A DNA stretch of 64,000 nucleotides from Eledone cirrhosa (lineage: Eukaryota), in the NCBI GenBank assembly GCA_964016885.1, contig OZ024757.1:6944001-7008000 (forward strand), given 5' to 3'. Below, piece after piece: positions 50,768 through 64,000 of this stretch. The translations under genes were made by a program, and so were the position numbers. Every line of letters begins with the position of its first letter. Within the stretch, counting starts at the first letter, position 1. Under the pieces are notes generated by a model. It worked only from the letters and a program-made list of their open reading frames with translations, ran no database searches and was not told the DNA's origin.

Positions 50768-51329
50768 AACAAAATGTGTTTTGATGCATCACTGATTCCT
50801 CGTTATCTATAATATATATATATATACACGAAAGGGTCAACAAACGTACCCCCCCAAAACAAGGTGCATCCCTTACTTTAGCAAGCATCATCTGGTTTGC
50901 CAGCACTGTGGTCATAGTTGGAAAGAACAAACAAAAGGTAGGTAAGGAACTCCAAGAGGAACTGAAGCACGATTGTAAGGAGAGAAGTAAACAAGAACAT
51001 GTAAAGAAGGAAAAATAAAAATAGATATAAAGAAAACAGATTTTTTTAAAAGTGAAAATAAAGGGGTAGGAAGGGGTGTATAGGTCGAGGATGGCAAGTG
51101 TGTATAGCAGTGGGTGGAGGCGAAGAGAAAGGTTGGGGAAGATAGAAAATGAGAGTCTGGGCAGGGATGGTGGAAGGTAAGGTGTATGTGTAGAAGAGGT
51201 CGATGGTATCATGAGGTAAAGATAAAGCTGGAGCGAGAGTAAAATGGTAATGAGGAAGTGAAATGGCAGTGTGGCACACGCAACCGGAAGTAGTGGTCGT
51301 TTCGGGAGAGTGGGAGCAGAGGGTGGTGT

Positions 51330-54300
51330 TGGAAGGACGGGGGGTGACGGGTATGAGGGGTTTTGTGGGGGTGGAGCGTGGGGGGTGACGCGTGTGGGGG
51401 TTAAGTGCGGGTGGAGCGTGGGGGTGACGAGTGTGGGGGTAAAGTGTGGGTTAAGTGGGGGTTAAGTGGGAGTAGATAGGGGGGGTGCCGGGTGTGAGGT
51501 GTTAAGTGGGGGCTTAAGTGGGACTGGTGGGGGGTACAGGGGAGAGGGGTTAAGTGTGGGTGTGTGGTAGGTGGTGAGGGTGTAAGTGGGGGTGGATGGG
51601 TGGGGCTACTGGGTGTGAGGGGTTAAGTGTGGGTGAGGGTAGGGGCGACGGATGTGAGGGTTAAGTTGGGGTGGATGGTGGGGGATTAAGTGGGGGATGG
51701 GGGATTACGTGGGGATGTGGGTGGAGGGGTGGTGGTGCGGGGGGTTACGTGGGGGTGTAGGGGTGAGGTAGGTGATAGGGGTTAGTTGGGTGGCGATGTG
51801 TGGGTGTGTGTGAGTAGAGGTTAGTATTAGTTTAGGGGAAGGGGAAGGTATGGGTGGTAGGGTGGCGGTGGAGGGGTGGGGGTTAGATGTGTGAGGGGTT
51901 AAGTGGGGGTGTAGGGGTTTAATGGGGTTTGTTGGGTAGAGGCTAGTTGGGTGGCGATGTGTGGGGGTGTGTGAGTAGAGGTTAGTATTAGTTTAGGGGA
52001 AGGGGAAGGTATGGGTGTTGGGGCGGTGTGGAGGGGTAGGGGTGACGGGTGTGAGGGGTTAACTAGGGTGTAGGGGTGGGGTAGGTGGTAAGGGGGTTAG
52101 TTGGGTGGAGGTTAGTTGGGTGGCGAGGTGTAGGTGTGTGTGAGTAGAGGTTAGTATTAGTTTAGGGGAAGGGGGAGGTATGGGTGGTGGGAACGTGTTG
52201 GTAGGGTGGGGGCGAAGGTGGGGTGAAGGTGATGAGTGTGTGGAGTTGGGTGGGGTGGGGTAGGGCAGGTGGTAAGGGGGTTAGTTGGGTTGTGAGGTGT
52301 GGGTGTGTGTGAGTAGAGGTTAGTATTAGTTTAGGGGAAGGGGAAGGTATGGGTGGTGGGGCGGTGTTGGGTTAGGTTGGGGTGGTTAAGTGGGGGGTGG
52401 AGGGGTAGGTGGTGGTGGAGGGGTTAGATGGCGGTGCAGGCGTTGGGTGAGGTGGAGGTGTTAGGTGGTGGTGGAAGGATTAGGTGGTGGTGGAGGGGTT
52501 TGGTGGGTGTGGAGGGGTTATATGTGAGTGGAGGTGTTAGGTGGTGGTGGAGGGATTAGGTGGGGCTGGAGGGGTTTGGTGGGTGTGGAGGGGTTAGATA
52601 TGGGTGGAGGTGTTAGGTGGTGGGGGAGGGGTTAGGTGGTGGTGGAGGGGTTTGGTGGGTGTGGAGGGGTTAGATGTAGGTGGAGGTGTTAGGTGGGGGT
52701 GGAGGGGTTTGGTGGGTGTGGAGAGGTTAGATGTGAGTGGAGGTGTTAGGTGGGGGTGGAGGGATTAGGTGGGGCTGGAGGGGTTTGGTGGGTGTGGAGG
52801 GGTTAGATATGGGTGGAGGTGTTAGGTGGGGGTGGAGGGATTAGGTGGGGCTGGAGGGGTTTGGTGGGTGTGGAGGGGTTAGATATGGGTGGAGGTGTTA
52901 GGTGGTGGGGGAGGGGTTTGGTGGGTGTGGAGGGGTTAGATGTAGGTGGAGGTGTTAGGTGGGGGTGGAGGGGTTTGGTGGGTGTGGAGAGGTTAGATGT
53001 GAGTGGAGGTGTTAGGTGGTGGTGGAGGGATTAGGTGGGGCTGGAGGGTTTTGGTGGGTGTGGAGGGGTTAGATGTGAGTGGAGGTGTTAGGTGGTGGTG
53101 GAGGGGTTTGGTGGTGGTGGAGGGGTTTGGTGGGTGTGGAGGGGTTAGATGTGAGTGGAGGTGTTAGGTGGTGGTGGAGGGATTAGGTGGTGGTGGAGGG
53201 GTTTGGTGGGTGTGGAGGGGTTAGATGTGGGTGGAGGTGTTAGGTGGTGGGGGAAGGATTAGGTGGTGGTGGAGGGGTTTGGTGGGTGTGGAGGGGTTAG
53301 ATATGGGTGGAGGTGTTAGGTGGTGGTGGAGGGATTAGGTGGGGCTGGAGGTGTTAGGTGATGGTGGAAGGATTAGGTGGGGCTGGAGGGGTTTGGTGGG
53401 TGTGGAGGGGTTAGGTATGGGTGGAGGGGTTTGGTGGTGGTGGAGGGATTAGGTGGGGCTGGAGGGGTTTGGTGGGTGTGGAGGGGTTAGATATGGGTGT
53501 AGGGGTTTGGTGGGGGTGGAGGGATTAGGTGGGGCTGGAGGGGTTTGGTGGGTGTGGAAGGGTTAGATATGGGTGTAGGGGTTTGGTGGGGGTGGAGGGA
53601 TTAGGTGGGGCTGGAGGGGTTTGGTGGGTGTGGAGGGGTTAGATGTAGGTGGAGGTGTTAGGTGGTGGTGGAGGGATTAGGTGGGGCTGGAGGGGTTTGG
53701 TGGGTGTGGAGGGGTTAGATATGGGTGGAGGTGTTAGGTGGGGGTGGAGGGATTAGGTGGGGCTGGAGGGGTTTGGTGGGTGTGGAGGGGTTAGATATGG
53801 GTGGAGGTGTTAGGTGGTGGGGGAGGGGTTTGGTGGGTGTGGAGGGGTTAGATGTAGGTGGAGGTGTTAGGTGGGGGTGGAGGGGTTTGGTGGGTGTGGA
53901 GAGGTTAGATGTGAGTGGAGGTGTTAGGTGGTGGTGGAGGGGTTTGGTGGTGGTGGAGGGGTTTGGTGGGTGTGGAGGGGTTAGATGTGAGTGGAGGTGT
54001 TAGGTGGTGGTGGAGGGATTAGGTGGTGGTGGAGGGGTTTGGTGGGTGTGGAGGGGTTAGATGTGGGTGGAGGTGTTAGGTGGTGGGGGAAGGATTAGGT
54101 GGTGGTGGAGGGGTTTGGTGGGTGTGGAGGGGTTAGATATGGGTGGAGGTGTTAGGTGGTGGTGGAGGGATTAGGTGGGGCTGGAGGTGTTAGGTGATGG
54201 TGGAAGGATTAGGTGGGGCTGGAGGGGTTTGGTGGGTGTGGAGGGGTTAGGTATGGGTGGAGGGGTTTGGTGGTGGTGGAGGGATTAGGTGGGGCTGGAG

Positions 54301-54570
54301 GGGTTTGGTGGGTGTGGAGGGGTTAGATATGGGTGGAGGTGTTTGGTGGCGGTGGAGGGATTAGGTGGGGCTGGAGGGGTTTGGTGGGTGTGGAAGGGTT
54401 AGATATGGGTGTAGGGGTTTGGTGGGGGTGGAGGGATTAGGTGGGGCTGGAGGGGTTTGGTGGGTGTGGAGGGGTTAGATATGGGTGGAGGTGTTAGGTG
54501 GTGGGGGAAAGATTAGGTGGTGGTGGAGGGGTTTGGTGGGTGTGGAGGGGTTAGATGTGGGGGTGGATGG
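51330..54570. repeat. G-rich tandem array (GGAGGGGTTAG / GGTGG motifs) with a 912-bp higher-order duplication
   Basis: direct reading; identical ORF starts at 52813 and 53725. Confidence 0.93.
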
Positions 54571-54599
54571 ATTATGTGGGGCTGGAGGGGTCTCAGAGG

Positions 54600-55090
54600 T
54601 GGGTGGTGGTGGTTGGGAGGAAGGAGAAGAGATCATGGTTGAGGTTATGGATGAAAAGAAGGATGGAGCTGGTGAGGGGGGGGGGGGGGAGTGGAGTTGA
54701 GGTGAAGAAGGGTTTGGGGTAGGTTGTGGTCGAGGTTGCGGGTGTAGAGAGGGAGAAGCGGATTGAGACGTGCACGAGGAGATGGGAGGAGCGGAGTGAG
54801 ACACGTATGAGGAGACGGGTGGGGCGGGTAAGGATGTGTTGGGTTGGGAGTAATGAGAGGGGGGAGGCGTGGAAATGGAGCCGAAATCCGGGGAGATGAG
54901 GAGTAGATGGAGGCAGCGGATGTGGCTGGAATGCTGGGTCTTAGCAAAGAAGAGGTAGGAGAGTTAGAGGGAGGGTTGGAGGTAGCAGGGAGGGAGGAGA
55001 AGTGTGAGGTGGTGTTTGAAGTGGGTGTGGAGTTGGTGGAGGAAGGATTACAGGTTAGGCATTGTAGGGACGGGGAGTGGAAAAGGGGTG
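54600..55090 (-). mobile_element. Possible degenerate N-terminal region of a Penelope-like ORF
   Basis: Fragments FAKTQHSSHIRCL, PGFRLHFHASPL and ILLFIHNLNHDLFSFL resemble (from memory) N-termini of Neptune-type PLE ORFs; multiple frameshifts. Confidence 0.4.
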
Positions 55091-55642
55091 TCCAAAGGGG
55101 AGACGGTAGTTAAAAAAACAAAACGAAAAACAAATAAAAAAAACAGATGGAATGCAATGAGTGGAGGGGTCGTGAAGGGTGGAGAGAAATGGAGAGCGAG
55201 AGTGAGAGAGAGAGTGAGAGGGAGATAGATAGAAAGAGAGAGTGAGAGGGAGAGAGATTGAAAGAGAGAGGACCGAAATATCGAAAAATGGTGGATAAAA
55301 TTCATTAGTACTTCCTCAGATTTTCCCTATATTTCTACATTTATCCATTTATTTTAAAATTAACTGTGTTAGATATCAAATCAGTTAATATTTGAAATAA
55401 TTTACAGTGGTAGATTCTCTGTACGTTTGAAATGTTTTTTTCTCCTAAAATATCCCATATTTACTCTATGTTCACTAATAGTAGACAGAGGTTTTTATAC
55501 AATTTTTATACAATTTCTTATCGTATTCATTTTGTTCAATCTCTTATCGTTGTACATATCTGAAAACAAACATAAAAATCACAGTAAACTTACATAATGT
55601 GATAAGTGGACAACTATAATTGTATAGTATGCTATTTAACAA

Positions 55643-55945
55643 CTAGCCCCGTGCCGTCAAAAATTACGGCTAATTGTAATATCTATATATAATATAAAAA
55701 AGAGTCGTTTGTTGGTTGGTTGCTTCCTTCGAGCCCACTCACACAAGTGATACGAACATGGAAACACACAGCTGTGACGAATCTTAGAATGCTTGACTTC
55801 TATAGTTTCTCATACCCTCCTTCCTCAGTCAACGTAATCACCCCTTCCTTTTTCAGTCATCTCTAGTGCGATCCGGACAAATACACTCGGCTTTTATATT
55901 AGTAGACTAGCTGGCCCCCTGCCGTAGAAAATGACGGCTAAAGGG
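55643..55945 (-). mobile_element. Non-autonomous Helitron-like termini in head-to-tail arrangement
   Basis: On minus: GCCGT...ACGGC hairpin + CTAG ending at 55907, immediately followed by TCTACTAATATAAAA; second hairpin + CTAG|T ending at 55643. Confidence 0.55.
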
Positions 55946-56669
55946 TAGATGTGTATTTGTATATACCTTTCAACTGCGGTCGTTTTATATTCTTGATAAT
56001 TCTAATTTATTTCAATATTGCTAAGCTCGCGGGATTTGAAATTATGAATTTAGTGGTCTGTGAGGTCCGATAGGTTGGCGAAAAAAAAAACTGATTAACA
56101 ATTTAGGACTAATGTTATTGTAGAACATCTTGTAGGAAAATGCAGCTGTGGACCTTCCTCAGTTGCCGTAGTTGGGTCAATAAGTCAATGAATGGTCTTT
56201 TAATGTCTTTAGATTATTTTGATAAGGATGTCAATATCAGAAACTTTAAATTTAACAAGACGTTGAGAGTTTGTTACAATTAAAATGGTGGACATATTTA
56301 TTATTTAAATGCTTTTTGACCTATCTCAACATAAAAAAAACACAGGTATATATAACATATAAATGAATATGAAAGAATGACATAATACATTAAAATATAC
56401 AATATATTTTATAAAAGTGAGTTTAAATTACAACTTACCTTCCATAGTTGTAAGCTCAAATATGGGAGAATCATACACACAGGAACTTGCCGAAGAATTG
56501 GCTAAAATAAGAAAAAAATAAAAATTAAATGAAGATATACGATTGAACAATAGGCACATAAGTATACATTCAAAACCCCACACAAATATAAATACATATA
56601 TTTATATGTAGAACACAGGGAGGTTATAGACGCAGTAGTAGAGCACTTAGTCCATGGACGAGTTCCTTT

Positions 56670-56850
56670 GAAGTTAGTTCCACAACAGTTAATAAACCAT
56701 TTTCAAGGACAGGGATTTCACCTTGCAGATTTCAACTCGAGTGTATGGGCTATAGCCGAAGAACGGAAGCCTTCCGTTCTACGGCTATAACCCAGTTACT
56801 CGAGTTGAAAATCCGCAAGGTAAAACCCGTGGCCTCTTAGAACTAACTTC
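56670..56850. mobile_element. Palindromic MITE-like element
   Basis: Outer GAAGTTAGTTC/GAACTAACTTC and inner imperfect hairpin 56712-56828 centred near 56770. Confidence 0.65.
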
Positions 56851-57235
56851 TATATATATACATATATATGGTTTCCAAAAGTCCCATTGTGGTGAATTAA
56901 TTCTTGAGGACAAGGAAATAAGGAAGGTGGATAACGAAGACTTTGGTGAAAGCAAATCCCCGCACAGCTGTTTGAGAGCTTAAAGGAGATCTAGGAGTAA
57001 GCATTAGAAGAGTTTTTGAAAATGTGAATGTTTAAATTATAACTTGCACTGTGTATATGTACAGTCATTCACGAATGTATCATTGACCGGAGTCTCTACG
57101 TGAGGCTCGTCTGGAAAAAATAACGAAGAATATAATAGCAAACCCCTCTCTCTCACTTTTTCTTCTTTCCCTCTCTCTCTCATTCTCTCTCTCACTTTCT
57201 ATCTCTCACTCTTTCTCTGTGTATATATATATGAA

Positions 57236-57350
57236 GGCGTGTGGCTGAGTGGTTAGAGAATCGAACTCACACTCTTGAGATTGTGAGTTCGATTCCTGGA
57301 CCGGGCGATGCGTTATGTCCTTGAGCAAGACACTTTATTTCACGTTGCTC
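57236..57350 (+). mobile_element. Second tRNA-derived SINE family (CORE-like)
   Basis: A-box TGGCTGAGTGG, B-box GTTCGATTCC, GTCCTTGAGCAAGACACTT; weak relative at ~13600. Confidence 0.7.
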
Positions 57351-57448
57351 CTTCTACCTGGAGTTGCGACCGATAGACAGTACTAGCAACTGGAAAGACC
57401 GACGAAAACATTGTTTCCTCGGTCCGATTTGACGAAAGTCGATCGATC

Positions 57449-57452
<4 letters not shown>

Positions 57453-57534
<82 letters not shown>

Positions 57535-57562
57535 CATACATACATACATATATATATATATA
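57453..57562. repeat. (TA)n/(TACA)n microsatellite
   Basis: direct reading. Confidence 0.95.
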
Positions 57563-57563
57563 G

Positions 57564-57952
57564 AATTAGAATTGGTGCTCTGAAATAGCGATATATATAT
57601 AAATGTATATATATAGTGTATTTTGCAATACACTGTATGCTTAATTAAAAGTATTTCGAAGACCTGACGCTATTGTTTTAGGGTTGTGACAGTCTCACTC
57701 ACTTTAATTTTCAGCAAGCAGGGGAGATAAAGCTAACAGAGTTCTGTTTCGCACTTTTTGGTGCTTATCAAAGCTAACTACTCCGCCTGTTTGCAGAAAA
57801 TCATGAATGTTTGATTCTTATAGAATTCTAGTAATAATCAGGAACTGATTATACAGAGCGGTTGCCGGTCAAGCAGAAATTGAAAATTAGAATTGGTGCT
57901 CTGAAATAGCGATATATATATGAATGTATATATATATATAGTGTATTTTGCA
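57564..57952. repeat. ~65-bp direct repeats (57564-57628 and 57886-57952) around a ~255-bp core
   Basis: AATTAGAATTGGTGCTCTGAAATAGCGATATATATA...GTGTATTTTGCA twice. Confidence 0.8.
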
Positions 57953-58293
57953 TATATATATATCGTTCCAACGGCTCTAAAGCAACTCCGAGAGCTGCTT
58001 GCGAGTGATCAGGAAGGAGACCGACTGGTTCCCATCAACAGCAGGATGTAGAGGAGCTGACACAGGCGATGAAGGGCGTTGGTGGACCTGGTTGGCTCTA
58101 CGCACGTCAAGGCTTTGGGATCACTAGCTTAGAATGTTCCCGGACCCATAGAGCAAAAGTAAGAAGAAGAAGAATTTATGCTTGCTCACACACACACACA
58201 CACACACAACACACACATCCTATTCCACTAAAAAAACAGGTCGAAGGAAATGGTCTCTCTTGGAGTCTTGTCTGCAAAAAAATACGAAAGAAA

Positions 58294-58415
58294 ATAATTG
58301 TTTCTACTTTAGGCACAAGACCAGCAATTACACAGTTCATTACTGGTACTTTATTTTATCGACCCCGTAAGGATGAAAGGCAAAGTCAACCTCGGCGGGA
58401 TTTGAACTCAGATCG
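58294..58415 (-). mobile_element. 5'-truncated SINE, first family
   Basis: Near-identical to 48312-48432. Confidence 0.85.
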
Positions 58416-60343
58416 TAATAATAACAATCCTATATGTGTGCCATGGGAGGTGATTTTGGTCGAGTTGAAGATCGGGCAGAAGGTGTTGTGGTTGTTTGAA
58501 CCAACTAGAACCTTTTCTCTGGTTCACGCTTTCTATGCTATGCTTCTCTGTCACACAAATCTAAAACTTTTGAAATTAGAAGACAGTGGCCTGTGTAAAT
58601 GTGAGAAGATTTGAACCATGAAACACTGGTCCTGATGAACAGAAATATATGGCTTAGAGTTCTGGCTGATACAGTGGGTGTTAGGTTGAAGGGGTTGAAC
58701 AACGGCAAGTTTTATAATGGAGAACATTGCAAGTTTGATATAAGAAATACGACTAACACAAAATTGAAGAGCATCTGGGTGATCTCATTTAACATGGATG
58801 GCAAATCCCACTGCCCCCTTTTTTCCATCTTGTCTTGTGGTGAATGGAATAGATCTTGGTGAACACTGTGAAGTTAACTGTCCCTTGAGAGGGGAACAGC
58901 CATGAGGCATTCAACAGAAATTCCAGGAAGTACTGTGATTTGTTTGAACTCTGTAGAACCTGCGAATGGGAGGCATCCTGTTTCCATGTAAAGAGAGGTG
59001 TCAGAGGATTTGTTGAAACCAGGGCTCTCTCGCTCCTCAGGGTACTTGGACTGGTGGCAAAGGAAAGGGAACACTCTGAGAAACACGAGGAAGCGAGTCA
59101 TTACATCTGATTGAAATAAATGGTGCTCTTGATGCATTGAGGTGGAACATCAGACTCAATTAAGATTGTGTTGTGCAGCAGGAGTTTCCTTGCCAACATC
59201 GGAGGGTGGACCTGAGTAACTCTCGTGTCGCAGTAGAAGGGGCTGAAACACGTACAGAGTTACCTCACCACCTGATGAGACATCGACTCCTGTATTTGAT
59301 GACGGGGTACAGCAACAAATTCAGCTCAGAACTGAGTATTTATATATTTGTACACACGCACATATATATATATATATATGTGTGTGTGTTGTACACTTTA
59401 CAAGGTGTTTTGAGTAAATTCAGTCACATGTCTACCGTATATGTATTTCTATTAATATTTTGCCCATCTCTCTTTGCTCTTTGCTTTTGTTGAAAGACAG
59501 CCTTAATATTTCGTCCATTCTTCAATGTATCTTGTGGGAAAGATGGTGGGATTCAAATGGATTTTATTTTAAACAATAAAGTTTATTCTGGTTTCTGTTA
59601 AGTCGTATTTCATATAATTTTTAATATTCTGGACTGAAGTAAGTCGTTATAAATTTAATGTTCAAAACCTATATTTATTTCTGAACAATTTAATAGTGTT
59701 TAAATTATAACTTACGATTAGTAAAAATATCTTTATACTTGAGTGACTCATAAGTAGCAGACTCTCTGTAAAGCTTGTCTGGAAGAAATAAACAATATAA
59801 TAGCAACCGTACACACACATACATATGTATATAGTCCTTACCAACCCAGAGGTCCGACGATCTTTTGATTCCAGAGTCTGGCTAGATCGATATAGATCGA
59901 ACCTTGAGCTAATCAATAACGAACCACGCACAGCTGTCGCTTATTTAATGGGCTTTCTCCTCGAGTGTCCCTCTGTCGCTTTTTTAATGGGCTTTCTCCG
60001 CGAGTGTCCCTCGGAAATCTCCCCCCTATTGGGAAATTTTCTTTTGTTTCCTTTTTTAGTCAGTTCCTTTGTTTTATTTTCTTTACACGCGGAAATGCCC
60101 ATTTGCACCGTCCTGTGCTGTCCTTAATGTTATACTTTGTTTCAACCCTTGTGGTTAATAAAGAAAACATTATTATTATTACAATTATCATTATTATTAT
60201 TCTTTGAGTCTCAGTCATTAATGTTATTTAACTGGAAAGTTTGTTCAAATGAATATCAAGCCGCTACCTGCATCCTCAGACATTCAGGACGTATCAGAGG
60301 GTTCTTGCTGGTCCCAGCAAGCATGCTTTTTGAAGTTATTATT

Positions 60344-62297
<1,954 letters not shown>

Positions 62298-62356
62298 AGT
62301 TCCAGCATACACAATATGTAGACTTTCATGTTTACAAATATATAATGTAATCTCGA

Positions 62357-63060
62357 TTTGACATTAATGTTGAAACACGTGTCATAGTTTTCTGTACAGA
62401 CTAATAGAAAGTGTGTTTGAAATACAACTTACGTTCTTTGGTGACAGTGTCTTTTTTTATGCCAGGCTCAGCGACAAGGTTCTCTACAGATAAAATAACT
62501 GGAAGAAATATGGAAGAAAATAATAGGAATGCAAGAAGCATTTGTTGGGAAGAGTTTGTTATCAACTTGAAGAAATGGTAGAATAAGACGTCGTATTTTG
62601 AATTACCTAGACCCATTTATTTAAATATGGGCTGTCTGGAATTATGAGACAAATATGGTAGTTTCCATCTGTGCATAAAGAACAAATATATATGATGGGA
62701 TAACCAAATTTGACATTAATGTTGAAACACGTGTCATAGTTCTCTGTACAGACTAATAGAAAGTGTGTTTGAAGTACAACTTACGTTCTTTGGAGACAGA
62801 GTCTGTTTTCATGCCTGGCTGAGAGACAAGGTTCTCTACAGGTGAAATAACTGGAAGAAATATGGAAGAAAATAATAGGAATGCAAGAAGCTTTTCTTGG
62901 GAAGAGTTTGTTATCAATTTGAAGAAATGGTAGAATAAGACGTCGTATTTTGAATTACCTAGACCCATTTAGTTATATATGGGCTGTCTGGAATTATGAG
63001 ACAAATATGGTAGTTTCCATATGTGTATAAAGAACAAATATAAATGATGGGATAACCAAA
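62357..63060. repeat. Tandem duplication, 2 x 352 bp
   Basis: ORFs 62401..62616 and 62753..62968 are near-identical at offset 352. Confidence 0.92.
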
Positions 63061-63700
63061 TATGTAGAGCAATAGCTGATCTAGTCATACGAGGATAAGG
63101 AGTATGAACAACGAAGGAAGACCTGAAATAGTGAAGAAGTGTCGGAGGAAATTTTGTTAAAGATGAGAACTCTGATCTGTAAGATTATTCCATCTACCTC
63201 AAAGTATCTTGTGCAACATTCATCTTCTCTTTTTAACCAGATATGTCATTCTTTCATAGATAACTCTGATAATAGCCTGAAAAAGTGTATCTTTACTTTT
63301 GACATCATTGTAATGTCTCTAAGGATCGAGGTCAATAAAATGTTTATACTTGATTATGTAGGGAGATTGTAATATAATATTCTTGACTGAAATAAGTAGT
63401 TATAAATTTACTGATCAAAACATAAATAAGTTTCTGAATAATTAATAGATCATTATAAATGAATAACTTACTCTTTTCAGAAAGTTTGGTGTTGAGTGTT
63501 GCACTTCGAGAAGACAAATATGAAGCGTCAGCTAGAAAACATAAACAAAATAATAGTAAAACTGTATGTATATATATACAAATTTATATTACAAATACAG
63601 AAAACAGTTATTAGATTCATTATCTCTGATATACTGATAAATACACCAGGTCCGAACACAAAAAGAACCAAGTTACCATATCCTTGCCAGATATATATAT

Positions 63701-63739
<39 letters not shown>

Positions 63740-64000
63740 ACCACGGCGTCTTAGCTCCGTAAATATACATTTACTACCAAATTTTCTCTAATCATGATAA
63801 CAGTCGTTATAACTAAAATTTATTCTTACATAGACACGCATACCGTGTGTGTACACAGAATCTCAGTCACACACGCACACACATGGTTCACACACTCAAA
63901 AAGCCACCAAACCAACGGACAGACACACACAAACTGTTACTCGTTAATGTTATATACAACCCAATATACATATATGTACAGATCAACATACGCAAAACAC

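Noticed and set aside
52813-54700. Gly/Val/Trp-rich ORFs
   Set aside because: Translations of the G-rich tandem array
57236-57305. tRNA gene
   Set aside because: A/B boxes present but no complete cloverleaf, and it continues into a SINE core; same for the other SINE heads
57965-59150. Possible very old LINE remnants (GAA-tailed 3' end; GAVGFAI endonuclease-like fragment)
   Set aside because: Too degenerate to support by eye
59210-59300. GAAACACGTA ... CTGATGAG hammerhead-like pieces
   Set aside because: Helices I and II cannot be formed in any standard topology
63080-63520. Possible degraded PLE RT fragment (FTFDII)
   Set aside because: Single weak motif only

Overview
AT-rich, repeat-dominated animal genomic DNA, not prokaryotic. 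The tandem C2H2 zinc-finger genes, RTE/CR1/Penelope retroelements, tRNA-derived SINEs and long (TA)n tracts suggest a cephalopod such as Octopus (inference only). The left third holds two tandem-C2H2 genes (1609-3342, 18 intact fingers; 16127-17233, 13 fingers). Each has a decaying 3' extension of further fingers, and both share a conserved upstream block with a putative 89-nt non-coding exon; orphan copies of parts of this block lie at 10737-11447 and 22940-23037. They are interleaved with RTE-clade LINEs whose RT ORF carries an inserted PHD-type C4HC3 finger, a near full-length CR1-clade LINE (23122-27690, minus) and many SINEs. 28190-45500 is a ~17 kb pentamer-based 20-bp satellite with kb-scale higher-order duplications; its His/Thr/Tyr ORFs are spurious. 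The right third has another RTE, Penelope-like fragments (GIY-YIG, hammerhead-like motifs), a perfect 104-bp palindrome, a 1.36-kb foldback, a G-rich array, Helitron-like termini, a 96-bp tandem array with a 32-aa reading frame and a 352-bp duplication. Boundaries were read by eye and are approximate unless stated; no database searches were run.
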